DNA from: Azolla caroliniana | Taxonomy: Eukaryota; Plantae; Polypodiophyta | Length of the DNA: 64,000 nucleotides | Reading direction: 5' to 3' | Assembly: GCA_043228905.1 (NCBI GenBank) | Contig: JBHGNT010000011.1 | Span: 3,038,001-3,102,000, forward strand | Shown: positions 1-12,271 of the stretch, piece by piece | Position numbering within the stretch: position 1 is the first letter of the stretch | How the letters are laid out: every line of letters begins with the position of its first letter | Position numbers and translations under genes: made by a program | Notes under the pieces: model-generated | Databases searched by the model: none | The model's input: only the letters and a program-made list of their open reading frames with translations | What the model was told of the DNA's origin: nothing

Positions 1-2
1 AT

Positions 3-2069
3 TCGAAACCTGGGCGGGGATGGGAGAGGGGTTCTTCAGGCAGTAGAAGATACCCTGGAGGAGAAAGAGGTCCATCCCCACCGAAAGAGCATTTTCGTCG
101 AAGAGATATAGGAGTCTCTCCTGAAAGATCAAAGAGAGGTAAATGGGAATCATCATCACCATCAAAGAAGAATCACATCATTGGGTCACCGAGTCGAATA
201 TCACAAAGAAGGGGTTTTGACATACCTCCGAGATCATCATTCGGAAGGGAGGCGAGCTCACCAAAAACAAGGAGCAGCTTCTTCAATGGTGATGAGTTTC
301 GTGTCAATTCCTCTCGTCAGGAAGGGCGCAGAGAAGGGCCAGGATTAGTCTTTCTATGCAACTCTTCGACAATGAGGGATTGCTTCCATTTTCGTGTTTT
401 GGGTCTTCCCATAGCTCAACAAGACATTGTGAAACGAGTTGTTCCTGGAACAAAACTATTCTTGTTTAATGTCGAATTAAAGGAGCTGTATGGTGTGTTT
501 GAGGCGGCGTCACATGGTGGAGTAAATCTCGTACCAGAGGCGTTTCAAGGTTCCAGAGAAGCGTACACTGCCCAGGTCATTACTTCTCTCTTGGTTATAT
601 CGGTCCTTTTTTTTCTTTTGTATAAATAGTACAAGAATGCAGTTGTCTCCATGTCATGTCTATGTCATATGAACTCCAGTCTTCTTAGTGTAATGTCCTA
701 TTGTGGGTATTGTATAACAGAAAATAATTAAGGGCAAACATCAGCCCCCCCCCCCCCCCCTAACATTCCGTATAATTGATTAGAATACCCCTAAGTTTTC
801 AAATACTACAAGAATTCTGTATGTAATATATATTGCTTTCTAGAGGAGGGTATTCTGATCATTTATAAAAATTTAAGGGTGATATAGTAAATATTCAATC
901 TCTTTGGGGTACTTTGGTGTCTTCACCTAAAAATAAGAAAACTCATCATGAAGCAAATTATGACATATCGATGCCTGTTCTGTCTTGTGTCACACCAGGT
1001 ACGATTCTCTATATTTAGGGATTGTTTGCCATTGGCTGACCACAAAACCCGAGATGTGCTTAAAGATAACTTTAGTCTGAAGGGAAAGTTTGACTGTCAG
1101 CTCTCAGCCAATCAGGTATAAAATTCAACTGGAAAATTTGGCTAGGATTATTATTATTGGCCAGGCTAGATTCGAGTCACGAATTATTGGTTCTAACCCT
1201 TCAAATACTTCTTTATTCAGGTAGATAGAATTATAGAGTTATTTTCACAAACTGAGAGCCGTCTGCCTCAACAACACATGGAAAGACCAAGTTTAGAGGG
1301 GGTTTATATGCCCACATCGTATTTACACGAGAATCTGTTTCCTGAATCTCACCTTCTTATAAACAAGTCTTTGGCAGATGCTGTTCGTGCTGATCCAGGT
1401 GCAGTATTAGCACACGGTGTAATAGATGAAGTGGATCAATTAGCATTTAAGTATCTACAAAATGATCCTGGATATGCTGCAATTCGACTAGATCCGGTGA
1501 ATACAAGCTTGTTATCGACATCTTCGAGAAAACGATCCATGGACCAAAATTTTCCAGGTTCTAATTTGCACCCACAATTCGGGTCATTTCCAGACTCAAG
1601 GATATCTTTAACAGATAAAAATGAGAAGGATAATAACTTGAATAATGATGGAGGAAGAACTTTAAATGAGGGTCTATCGAGTTCTAATTCTAATGAAAGA
1701 GGGTTGCTACGGCATCCTGGAATGCCACCGCATCAACTCAGCGGTGGTATGTATAATGGGCCTGTGCCAGGCCCCATCTCTGGCTCTGGTGGTGACCCCC
1801 TTATACCTTTCCATGGCATGCAAGGACATCCCCATATGATTCGGCCACCCCCAATATCAATGAATATGAACCAGACATTGATAGAGAACAATCAACGACG
1901 GGGAAAAAACCTGAGTAACCACATTCATGTCAGCAACCGACATGGTGGTAATCGTCATCAAGGGAAGTCAATGAAAAATAAGCCCAAATTTCCTCCTACT
2001 GAAAAAGGAGCCAAAAACGATGATGGAACAAAAGACAAATCTGGTGCCGAACCTTCATCTGTGTCGTAG
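3..2069 (+). CDS. DCD (Development and Cell Death) domain protein, 5'-partial; exons <3-575, 999-1115, 1221-2069
   Basis: The spliced frame gives GLVFLCNSSTMRDCFHFRVLGLP...PGTKLFLFNVELKELYGVFEAASHGGVNLVPEAF...TAQ|VRFSIFRDCLPL...KGKFDCQLSANQ|VDRIIELF, the DCD domain pattern. Phase-0 GT..AG introns at 576-998 and 1116-1220. The frame is open from the window start (R/S/P-rich) and ends in a low-complexity tail at TAG 2067-2069. Confidence 0.9.
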
Positions 2070-2779
2070 GAATTGAAAAGATCTTGTTTGTATCACTTTT
2101 ATTGCTTGTCTTGTGTACAAGTGAAAAGCTTATTTGTTTGTTCCATCACAATTGTGGAGCTTTTTTTTCTCCTTATTAATTGGGAATATACAGAACAAAA
2201 TGCTCGTATTGATTTGTCCAATCACAATTGTGGAGCTTTTGTTGCAATGCTGGCCTTTGTTGAGGTTCCTAATGAGCAGAAAATATGGCCTCTGTTCTTT
2301 ATGCTGAAAAGAGCATATGCTTCAAATCTTGATCCTGGAAAATCATCATTATTGATACTGGTTTGCTTTCTATGAGGAATGAACTTTCACTGCTCGACAA
2401 AACAGATGATAACACGAACTTGGCATTTATTGCAGATAAAGATGTCACTCCCTCTCTTCAAGGCCAATTCTCTACAATGAAGATATGTATAATTGTGATA
2501 TAGAAATTGTTCAAGTTTTCCTACATCTCATGACTCCATCTTCTTTATCTAATAGTAATTACTAATTGTTAATGTCTGTGGTATCCTAATCCTCTTTTAT
2601 CCTCCCTAGATCCACTACATTAGTTTTGATGTGCATGAGTAATGATAATGTTAAGGGCATGAATTAAGTAAGACTCAAACATGGCCATTTGATTGACCGA
2701 ATTTCGATTTCCCTCCCGAGAGTGTCAAATGTGCATCTTCTAGTCATTGTGAGACCTTGTTGCAATCAACAATGTGATC

Positions 2780-3400
2780 CATCTCATTGATGGCATTTAC
2801 CGTCGCCCAAGGCATACTCTAAACTTCAATCTAGTTGGAAAAGTTATTATATGTTGGAAAGTACACCAAATCATAGATTACCACATCTCGCATGGAATGT
2901 TGGATGTAAACTACAAAAGAATCTCAATAACAAAATTACCTCATCTAGTTGGGTAGTTGACATCAAGAAAGGGTTCAAAGATGGAATGTGGAAAGACGCT
3001 AAAAGGACAAATTTGGAATATTACATTGCAAACATCAATCTTGAATGTCAGGTTCTATGTAAGGCAAGGTGTATTGATCGTATTCAATCTTACGTCATTA
3101 CTAACACAAATATTAACTCTCGTAGAGCCCTATCATTTCTTCGCACTAGATCGCTCGACCTAGGTATTGAAGTTGCATTATGACATCAAAATCAACCAAA
3201 TGTAAAGGCATTTAAGGTATCCAAGGAAAGGCTAGTAGAGGATGAGTATCACTTGCTTTTTATATGATCGACATATAGTGCAATTCACGAAAGCTATGAT
3301 GATATATTAAGAGGGGGTGATGATTTGAGTGCCATACTAAAAAGAACACCTACAAGGTTGAGCTCATATGTGTATGCCTTATTCACACATTGAGACTTGG
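2780..3400 (+). mobile_element. Degenerate 3' fragment of a non-LTR retrotransposon (C-terminal Cys/His region)
   Basis: Translations include RALSFLRTRSLDLGIEVA...RLVEDEYHLLFI...YSAIHESY, resembling the LINE C-terminal FR..SH.L.IE...VEDE.H....C motif; stops and frameshifts present. Confidence 0.55.
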
Positions 3401-3689
3401 TGCTTTGAAGTATGAATATCCCTTCCGAGGAAGAACACAAACATAAAGAAAACTTTGTACTTAGGTCCCACAAGACAATATTGACCCCTCTATGGATGCT
3501 AAATATATTTATCTATCTCGTACCCATTCCAAGAGTGAAGGTGCTTTTGGTGCTTTGGCACCTCTTCGTCTCTTTCCTCTCTTGTCTTTCAACTTTGTCA
3601 TAATTCATAGTTACTTAGGAGAAAAGTTTTGATGTTCTCTTGCTCCATGCATGTTGTCGAATTGGTTTCTCTAGGTCACAGTGTGCTCT

Positions 3690-4050
3690 TTTTCGTGTGT
3701 CCATGCAGGTGGTGCATCTTCGTCTACATTTGGTAAATACACAGAGAGGCAACACATGCACTCTTATGTAGCCAATTCTCGTTGCCATTGACCCCCACAT
3801 ATGCTATTTGATGAACAAACCTCTTCAATATGCACATGATCTCTCTACCCAAAATATCCAATGGGTGCTCATTACACCATGCAAACTCTATTTCATCAGC
3901 AAAGTGAATCAAAACATGCACTTGAATGTCAAAGAACGATATCAAGAGTTCTTCTTCCATTAGACACACAAGTTCAATCACGTCCATTTTCGTTCTTGGT
4001 ATTTCTCTCATCAAAATTTTGTTTAAGGAAATCATTGTTGGAGAGTACTT
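3690..4050 (-). mobile_element. CACTA/En-Spm transposase (DUF4218-like) fragment
   Basis: ELVCLMEEELLISFFDIQVHVLIHFADEIE...LKRFVHQ..GSMA matches the En/Spm pattern LEKIFPPSFFDIMVHL.IHL..E...LK.YV.N...EGSIA; disrupted. Confidence 0.7.
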
Positions 4051-5702
4051 AGCATATAATATGTGTAGAATACGTATGCTAAGTGTTTTAAAGGTAGTCT
4101 ACCTTTTTTAAAAATATTTAGAATATGTATTCTATTGATAAATAATACATATGCACATCAACCCATTGGGATGGCAGATACTTGAGTAGAGTTCCCTCAT
4201 ATTGCACAATAGTAAAGACAATGGCACAAAGGAAGCCTTGGACATTGACACTTTTGTCACACTACCTGTTTTTAAGTACATGCTATCCGAAGCAAGAACC
4301 TCTAAGACATGGGCACGAAGAGGACATTGGATATTGGGGGGATAGACCAAGTCTCACTTAAAACTCGTAGCCAAATGACTGCCCTAATGTGAAATGGGCC
4401 CAACTACCTTTTAAAAAGATTCCATATACCTTGCACAAGTGCCGCATCAAGAGAATCTTTGATTGTCTAAATGTCGACTTCTCCAAGAATTTCAAACAGG
4501 CATCTTCTAGTCTTTGCAAGACCTTGTGGCAATCAGCAATGTGAATCGCCACAAAACACCTACACCCATCTCCATCCAAGCTATCATCTTTATATCTTTT
4601 AAATCACCCCTTTATTGGAATGTCATCGAGGAAAGACACGGTGATGTCTGGGATGCAATCTTTTAGGACCTTATTCATTGCATTCACCATGTGGGTTACA
4701 AAGTTCGTGCCTCCTTCCGGTAAAGTATACATGCGCACTAGACTAATCAAGGTTTGCATCATCCTGACATCCTTACTTTCCATAGCGTATTCAAACTGAT
4801 CATACTCTGAATACAAATCTCCAATTTGAGTAGATTAACCTTCCTACAAAAGCCTCGACAAATTCGTCAACATCTGATCCAACCCCGGCACTGTTGACTG
4901 GTTGTTGAAGCACAAAATTCCATTCTTATTTGGCAATGTGAACCATTGGTTCGTGTATGGTGCACTTGATGGCTTGAGTATCCCCATCTTAATATTTTCC
5001 TTCAGTAGCTCAATCAGCTTCGGGATGTGAGCCCTCAACACAAAAATCAACTTGATATTCCACAACACATGCAATACAATGAACATCATTGTTGGTTCTA
5101 GGGCCTTAGGGTTGACACACCCTAATTGTTTTGGCAAGAAAGTGAAAGTTCTTCCATGGCTTTCCAACATCCTCCTCAACCTCAACTCCTCTTAGGGAAA
5201 TAGGAAGCCATCCCCACCAATCTGAAGCTTCCCTCATGTTTCATCAATGAATTGGTGCCCTAAGCATCTCAGGTCCCACTCCCTTTATCATTTGTGAACT
5301 ATCATTTGGCAAGGGAGCAACCACATGCTTCATATTCTTGTCCACGGTCTTGTACTTTTATGTACTTCAAGCGTCTTCCTTTCCTCAACCTTCCATCAAA
5401 CTCTTTGATGGTGGCATACATGCCAATTGAATTGATCAAAATTATCTTATCATCATTTAGGTTTGATGCCACAATACTCTCCATCTCCCCGAGAGTGTCA
5501 TTGAATAAAACCGCCTCCATGACACTTCATATTGTATCCTCACCTTCAAATATGTTGCATTGTTTTAAGTATTCTTGTACCCTTGTACCCTATTCTTGTC
5601 TCTCTTCTACCTTGAGAATTTATAAGCTCCATTTTCAAAGAACCAAAATTACTTTTCACTACCTTCATAGAGTTTTATAGACTTAACATGCCTTGGGCTA
5701 TT

Positions 5703-6393
5703 TGTTGGGAGACAGGTCCCTCCGGATGGGAAGGGAGAAGAACAGTGCCGACGAACAAACGGTGTGAGGAGTACCCGGCTACGGAGAGCCGGATGGTACA
5801 GGCCCGGCGTGAACCGGATGAGTAGTACCCGGCTACGGAGAGCCGGATGGTACAGGCCCGGTATGAACCGGATGAGGAGTACCCGACTACGGAGAGCCAG
5901 ATGGTACAGACCCGGTGAGAACCGGATGAAGAGACATATTCGTAAATATGTTTCTGAGAGCCCATCGAGGCTACATTTGTAAATAGCCGAAAAGTCATAT
6001 TAGTATAAATATGACTTAGGGCAAACTTTTAGTTATGGTTGTTGTCATTTTTCTTTGTTGGTGCAAGAAGAAGAGAGAGCACATAACAGTGTATAGAGAG
6101 AGAGAAAGAGGTCGTTGCCTCTGTTGTAACCGCCGCCTGTGCCGAAGATCGTGAGTCCGAGGTCGTTGCCTTCGTGTACTCACTGTTTTGTACATTCTTA
6201 CATAGTGACAGTTTGCAGCCTGTGGACTGCCGTGGTTTTTCCCCTAGTTTGGGGTTTTCCACGTAAACCTCCTGTGTAGTGTGTGTGTACCATTTCTCCT
6301 CTTTGTGTCGAGTTCTATTTCCCGTTTTCTGTGTATGAAAAGAAGCTCGGTTGTGGCCGAGCGTTGTGTATAAGGAGCATTGCGTTCCCGTCA
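5703..6393 (+). mobile_element. Solo LTR, Copia family A, with 5-bp TSD CTATT
   Basis: Termini TGTTGGGA...TCCCGTCA; CTATT at 5698-5702 and 6394-6398; homologous to the 3' LTR at 23144 that follows a Copia RNase H and PPT. Confidence 0.9.
5764..5928 (+). repeat. Three tandem 54-bp ACCGG-rich repeats in the U3 of LTR A
   Basis: Unit GAGGAGTACCCGGCTACGGAGAGCCGGATGGTACAGGCCCGG..GAACCGGAT occurs three times (18-aa periodicity in the ORF track). Confidence 0.9.
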
Positions 6394-7525
6394 CTATTGT
6401 GGTCCCATGTTTTAATTGTCCATTTCAAAATTCCTCTCAGATTTTGCCTTTGAGGGAGTCCCTATTGTGCTCATGGCTTTGCTTGACTATTAGGAATTGG
6501 ATCGAGCTCTTCCTGTCTTGGCTTTTAACCCTTGTGTATGCTAACCCATTGTTGAGCACCTTCTTTTTTCAACCAAAATTTCATAGTTCAAGTAGGAACC
6601 CTTTCAATAAGCTTGTCTTCTCTTCCACCGGATCTTTCCATCTAGTTGGTTCTTAGACCCTCTTCTTAGCTTGGTTTGATTCCTCCTTTCAGAGCTTTCC
6701 CTTCATAAGGGTAGATGACTAGAATTTAGCCCCCTTCCCATATTGGCTCTAGTGTTTCTTTTCCAATAGCGGCCAATGTAAATTAGTGAATGGCCTTGAC
6801 ATTTGGTGCTTTAACTTCGTACATTTCCTTGACCAGAGTTCAAATCCAAGGGGTGCATTGTTTTCAACGAATGGGCCATGTTGCGTACAAAAATAAAACA
6901 ACAATTCTCCATAGGGCCTCTTAGAACTCTTCACATTCCCTTCGTTGATGTTCTAGGTTGTCACACCACATGCACCTCCACACAAACGTGGGCCATCAAT
7001 CTTAAGGAGGGCGCCCGCCATCTCTCCTTCCTTAAGCTATTTGGAGGTCTCTCACCATCTTTGTGAGCTCATCAATCACCAAAACCTAGTTGTTCCTTCC
7101 ACCACATTTGTTGTTGCCCTTGGCCCCCCTTTGCTCATCCCTTTGTCTCTATCATTCAAGTGTCTTTCGTATCATAGGGCTCTCTTCTTGCCGAAGCTTG
7201 GGCCCTTGACAAGGACGCATCATACCATTATTGAACGTCTTTTAAGACCAAATATAACAATGGGCAAACTAACTCAAGTAGCTCAGATATGGGTAGAACT
7301 TGTCATCATGTAGAATTAAGATACTTAAGCAACTAGGGTAGGCCACAATGCACCTCTCCCCATAGCTATAAAGAAAAATTCAAATATTATAACAAATGAC
7401 ATTTGTGAGCCTTGAATATATAACCTTACATATCAAGCTTTGAGTTTAAACCATTAGGATAAGTTCTTAGACAAGTTTACATTCTCTTCATGTCTTATAT
7501 AGCATTGTGTACATGGTAACTTGCA

Positions 7526-7750
7526 TGAGCAACATGTATAAGGAAAAATGCATTCAATATCAATCAATAGTTTAGTTTAAGCTAGCTTATTTGGAAGGTT
7601 TTTCATCTCTCAAGATTGAAGTCAAGGGTCACAAATCCTTGAGCAACATGTATAAGGAAAAATGCATTCAATATCAATCAATAGTTTAGTTTAAGCTAGC
7701 TTATTTGGAAGGTTTTTCATCTCTCAGGATTGAAGTCAAGGCTCGAGTTT
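7526..7750 (+). repeat. Tandem duplication of a ~114-bp unit with weak tRNA/SINE-like boxes
   Basis: TGAGCAACATGTATAAGG...GATTGAAGTCAAGGG starts at 7526 and again at 7640. Confidence 0.8.
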
Positions 7751-8141
7751 GGCAAAATTAAAGTGTCATCCTTACGGTGGAATATTGTACCTTTTATTCC
7801 ACCATAAAACATATTTAAACAAATCTTGTATTCCCAATTTAATAAAGCATATTTTTATCATATACTCTTTGCTTCTCGAATCATACACTATTTCCATCTC
7901 TTGTCTGTGCTCATTTCTTTTGATTTTCTTTACAAACACTCCTCGTTCATAACCTTGACGAGTTGACACATCAATCATAAACTCTATAACAATTCCCTTT
8001 TTACTATGATCCAATCCGTTATGATCCCGTCTTCATTTTCGAACAAGATGCCCATTTTCTCCCTATCTGGAATATCCAGGACCTTGAAGAATATAAAACT
8101 TTGCTCATGTCAAGTACCATCCTATCAACTATTGAGAGATG

Positions 8142-8300
8142 TGTTAGGTAATAGCTCCCTCCAGATGGGAAGAGGAGCACGAGTCGACCGAAAAATCAAA
8201 TTGATTGTTCGATTCGGTCGTGGCCGAAAATTGATTCCGAATCGATTCGGCTATTAGCCGAATCGGGGCTATATCTGTAAATAGAGTTAATGTGCCCTTG
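8142..8300 (+). mobile_element. 5' fragment of a Copia family A-like LTR
   Basis: TGTTAGG..CTCCCTCCAGATGGGAAGAGGAG...TGTAAATAG resembles the LTR starts at 5703 and 23144; truncated by the adjacent minus-strand LTR. Confidence 0.6.
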
Positions 8301-8304
8301 TGGG

Positions 8305-9650
8305 TGATGGGATCGAATCAAAGATTTGTAAGACAACTATGCAAAAATACACAACGCGGAACAGAAAACAGCAAATGGACAAAGTATGCACACAAGTTTA
8401 CATGGAAACCCTAAACGAGGAAAACCACGGGAACAGAGATCCACTATACAATAGAGAATACAAAGGAGACCAAAATACACCACTCTCTATATAGAGTGTA
8501 TCAACCACGCAGGGTTCTTGGCGTCTAAGCTCACTCATCTATGGCGTTGCTCACACCTCTCTCTCTCTGCACACAACTCCAGAAACTCTATTCTAGTGTA
8601 CTCTTTGTGTTCTACACTTTCTCACATTCATAGTGCTTGCCCTAGGTGTATTTATACTTATACAAAGTATGATCTATTTACAAATATAGTCCCTATTACT
8701 ACTACTACTACTACTACTACTATTATAGTAATAACAATAGCAGTTTATCAACCAACTAGTCGACTAGTCGATTCGACTACCCGAGTCTTATGTCGACTGT
8801 CCAATCGGCTCGATTAGTCGACCTTGTCGTCGATCATCCGGTCCGCCCGACTAGTCGGTCTTGTCCTCAACTTAGATCATTTACTGTCGACTCTCCTAGT
8901 CGACTTTCCCTTCTCTTCGATTGTCGTCTCTTACTCAGTCGAATAGTCGGCTTCTCCCACAGGAGGGACATATTCCTAACAAACTCCCCCTTCACTCCTG
9001 TGGGTGGAGTCGGTTAGTCCTATCTTCTATTGACAGACTCTGAGTTTGTCCATCGGTAGGTTCTTCGTGAGCATGTCGGATCCATTGTCGTCAGTATGGA
9101 TCTTCACAAGGGTAAACTCCCGGTCATCCACTTTCTCCCACAGCCAGTGATACCTCCTCTGTATGTACTTGGTTCGGGAGTGGTATGCAGTGTTCTTGGT
9201 TAGATGTATGGCGCTCTAATTGTCATAGTGGAGTAGGAATCGCTCTTGCTTCATTCCTAGTTCACTAAGGAAATTCTTCATCCAAATCAATTCTTTGTTG
9301 GCCTCTACCACCTGCATATACTTTGCCTTTGTGGTCAACAAAGCCACAAACTTCTGCAGTCGTGTCTGCCATGACATTGCTCCTCCTGCATAGGTCATCA
9401 CATATCCTGATGTGGATCAGCTTGAATCTACATCCCCCAACATGTCTGAATTGGTAAAACCTTCTAGCGTAGGTTTTCCGACACCATACCTAAGGCATAC
9501 CCTTGAGGTGCCCTTTAAGTACTTGAGTATCCACTTAATAGCTACCCAGTGTTCTCTTCCTGGATTACTCATATATCAGCTTACTACTCCCACAACAAAT
9601 GCTATGCCTGGTCTCGTGTAGACCATAACATACATCAAACTATCGATAGC
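8305..9650 (-). mobile_element. Copia family A-like 3' end: RT/RNase H remnant, PPT and 3' LTR (8981-8305)
   Basis: Minus strand encodes AIDSLMYVMVYTRPGIA...YAGGAMSWQTRLQK.VAL.TT.A.Y...HSRTKYI; PPT GAGTGAAGGGGGAG followed by TGTTAGG at 8981. Confidence 0.85.
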
Positions 9651-9793
9651 CTATGACACATAGTCATTAGGCAGTTAAGGTTTTCCCCCTTCCCTGAGGG
9701 ATAGTTTTAGTAAGAGAGTGCAAAGAGAAGGTGGCTACATAAGCACGTTCTCCTCTTCTTTGGCAACAGTTGGTCATTATTCTTGTGAATACA

Positions 9794-9857
<64 letters not shown>

Positions 9858-9896
9858 CTATTCTACTACACAGAATCATATACTTGATTCTTTACA
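9651..9896 (+). mobile_element. 3' part of a Copia family C-like LTR
   Basis: CTATGACACATA...(CT)n(CA)n...TTGATTCTTTACA parallels the 3' half of the LTRs at 13510 and 55620. Confidence 0.6.
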
Positions 9897-10119
9897 CACA
9901 TAACACATAATTTTCCTTTATTAAATTTGATATTCCCTAATTACCCGTCTCCTTCTACTCATATACATTGGATACATTTACACATACACACAAATGAACC
10001 AATACCCAACACTATTATAGCTACACCACACCCACACATTTTAAAACACATTTCTACATTCACTTTTACACTTACAACAGACACACACATTTCACATTCA
10101 CTTATAATTGTACACATAC

Positions 10120-10479
10120 GGTCATGAAGACATACATTTTGGCCTTACAAGGATTCGAGCCCAAGACGTCTTAGTCTATATGTTAGACCTTCAACCATTA
10201 TAATAACATATATGATATATAGTTATAATAAATGTATTATTAGTTATTACAAGATATTTAGAGTATTCTAGAACATGAACTAGGATATTCCATGATTATA
10301 TTAAATATCATAAATATCTAAAATATTCTAGAACATTCTAGAATACTCCATAAGGACCTATAAATAGGTGTCTATTCATTCATCACAACTCATTCGGTTC
10401 AACACCAGTTTGTAGCCCCTTAGCCTACTCTTTGTAATCCTTGCTCTCTTATAATATAAACACTCTTACCATTTCTAGT

Positions 10480-10518
<39 letters not shown>

Positions 10519-12271
10519 CTTCTATTGTCATCTTATCTTTCTCTCTCCTATTCTCAAGTTTCGACAGTTTGAACCGAATATCTCTCTTTTCTTCTTCTCC
10601 AACTTCTTCTTCTTATCGTAACCTTATTCAAGCAAATCTAGCAATTTTCTCTTGCAACTATGGAGTCCGTCAGCAACCAAGAATATATGTGTGTTCTCTC
10701 CGAGCTTGACATGCTAACAACCAAATTTGTGGCACTAGAGCATGAAAATCAAAGATCGTTGGGAGACCTACAACAAGTGTTGAGAAAGTACAACAATATG
10801 AAGAATTATCTCAACGGGTGCATCAATTGGAGACTACTCTATTGCAACGACAAGCGGCGAAAGTTCAAACCTTGCCGAAGGAACCCAAGATTAGTCTGTC
10901 GGCCAAGTTTGGTGGTACAAGGTCTCAATTTCATGGATTTTTAAATCAGGTACGCCTTGTGATTAAATTGCATCCTAGCTGTTACCCAACTGATGTTGCT
11001 CGTGTGGGACTAGTTGGTACCTTGTTAACGGGTACCGCATTAGTGTGGTTTGCACCACTCCTAGAGAAGCACTCACCATCATTAGAAGATTTTGAAGGGT
11101 TTATTAATGAGTTCCAAGCCAACTTTGGGGACACTGATAGTATGAGAACCGTAATAAACAAAATTCGGCGATTACGACAAGGAGATCATCCTGCTTCCGC
11201 TTATGTTGCAGATTTTCGCCTTCTAGCATGTGATATTCCATGGGATGAGGCAGCATTAATGGACCAATTTTTTCAAGGTCTACGCAATGATGTGAAGGAT
11301 TTACTTCTTACCTTCCATGATGATCCAAAATCTCTTACTGAAGCAGTAAGTTGGGCCGTGCAATGTGACAATCGCTTATTTGAGCGGCGTTCTGAGCGCC
11401 AACAAATGTTACGCTTCCAAACAATAGAAAACATATGCTTTGGTGGTCGCAACACCACCCCAAGTATCAAAGTCAAGTGTGGTGGAAGGCCCTACTCCAA
11501 TGGAAATTGAGACAACACGACATCAAGGACCATTATCGGATGATGAAAAGCAACGACGACGAGCGAATCGTCTATGCCTCTATTGTGGTGGTTCAGGGCA
11601 TATTGTTGTGAATTGTCCACATAAACCACGACGACAAGTTAACCAAGTAAGTGCTCATGACAATCCCATCTCAATTTCTGCCCCGCCTTCTCGTAACCCA
11701 AGTAGGCCTAGTAGTCCCTGCCATAAAAATACATTTGATGTCTTGAGCCAATTAGATGATGTGTTAAACGAGTAAGTTTGGCCAAAATCGAAGCCATTTG
11801 GTTGGACAACCCTAGGCATGTAACGTCCGTCCCTAGTTGTGGTTCCATTTCATCCGGTCAAGTTAGTCGAGTTCTCTCTGTACAAGTTGAGCTTAACACA
11901 TCTAGGTGCCATCGAGTCCCAGCTTCTGCCCTCTTAGACTCTAGATCCAACTCTTGTTTCATGATCGTGAGTTTGCTATAATGCATAATATTCAGTTGCA
12001 TAAGCTTCCAAGCCCAGTGTCTGTCCGAGTCATTGATGGACGCCCCATAGCATTAAGTGATATAGTTGAAGAGTCTGAACCAATTCATGTAGTCCTAGGC
12101 AATTTGGCTAGTGTCATCTCATTCAACATCATTAGTAGTCTAGAGCACTCTCTAGTTCTTGGTCTTCCATGGTTTCAGCTACATAACCCAACTATTGATT
12201 GGACAAAAAGAACCATTGAAGAGGTCACAATACAGTTTGAGTCTCTTAAAACTATTGAACCCAACTATTGA
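10120..12271 (+). mobile_element. Tcn1/sushi-like chromovirus (family D) copy 1: 5' LTR 10120-10566, gag and protease
   Basis: LTR ends TCGACA; gag EPKISLSAKFGG...WFAPLLE...LRQG..A.AY..DFR plus CLYCGGSGHIVVNC knuckle; protease ALLDS. Homologous to 52656-55619. Confidence 0.9.
10326..10402 (+). promoter_or_regulatory. LTR D promoter: HSE (TTCTAGAACATTCTAGAA), TATA box 10359-10366, putative R start 10392
   Basis: Motifs read directly; the same arrangement and spacing occur in copy 2. Confidence 0.7.

Larger units (their letters stand above)
4358..7313 (-). mobile_element. Decayed Ty3/Gypsy family B (FLDD-type) element, gag-RT remnant, interrupted by a solo LTR
   Basis: ORF pieces GCVNPKALEPTMMF..WNIKLI.V.RAHIPKLIELLKE..MGILKPSSAPYTNQWF and YSEYDQF...LPEGGTN.V.HMVNAMNKVLKDCIPDITVSFLDDIPIKG are homologous to 15864-17590. 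Assignment of 6400-7313 is weaker. Confidence 0.75.

Noticed and set aside
576-629. C-terminal extension of ORF 372-629 (VITSLLVISVLFFLLYK)
   Set aside because: Read-through into intron 1; the DCD domain continues at 999.
5764-5928. Regular repeats that could be taken for a CRISPR array or a repeat protein
   Set aside because: No unique spacers; tandem U3 repeats inside a TSD-flanked solo LTR.
7750-8140. Possible Gypsy integrase zinc-binding remnant on the minus strand
   Set aside because: Similarity to 17900-18140 is too degraded to call by eye.
10141-10205. Functional tRNA genes at the tRNA-like modules
   Set aside because: Cloverleaf stems are incomplete; reported only as tRNA-derived LTR modules.
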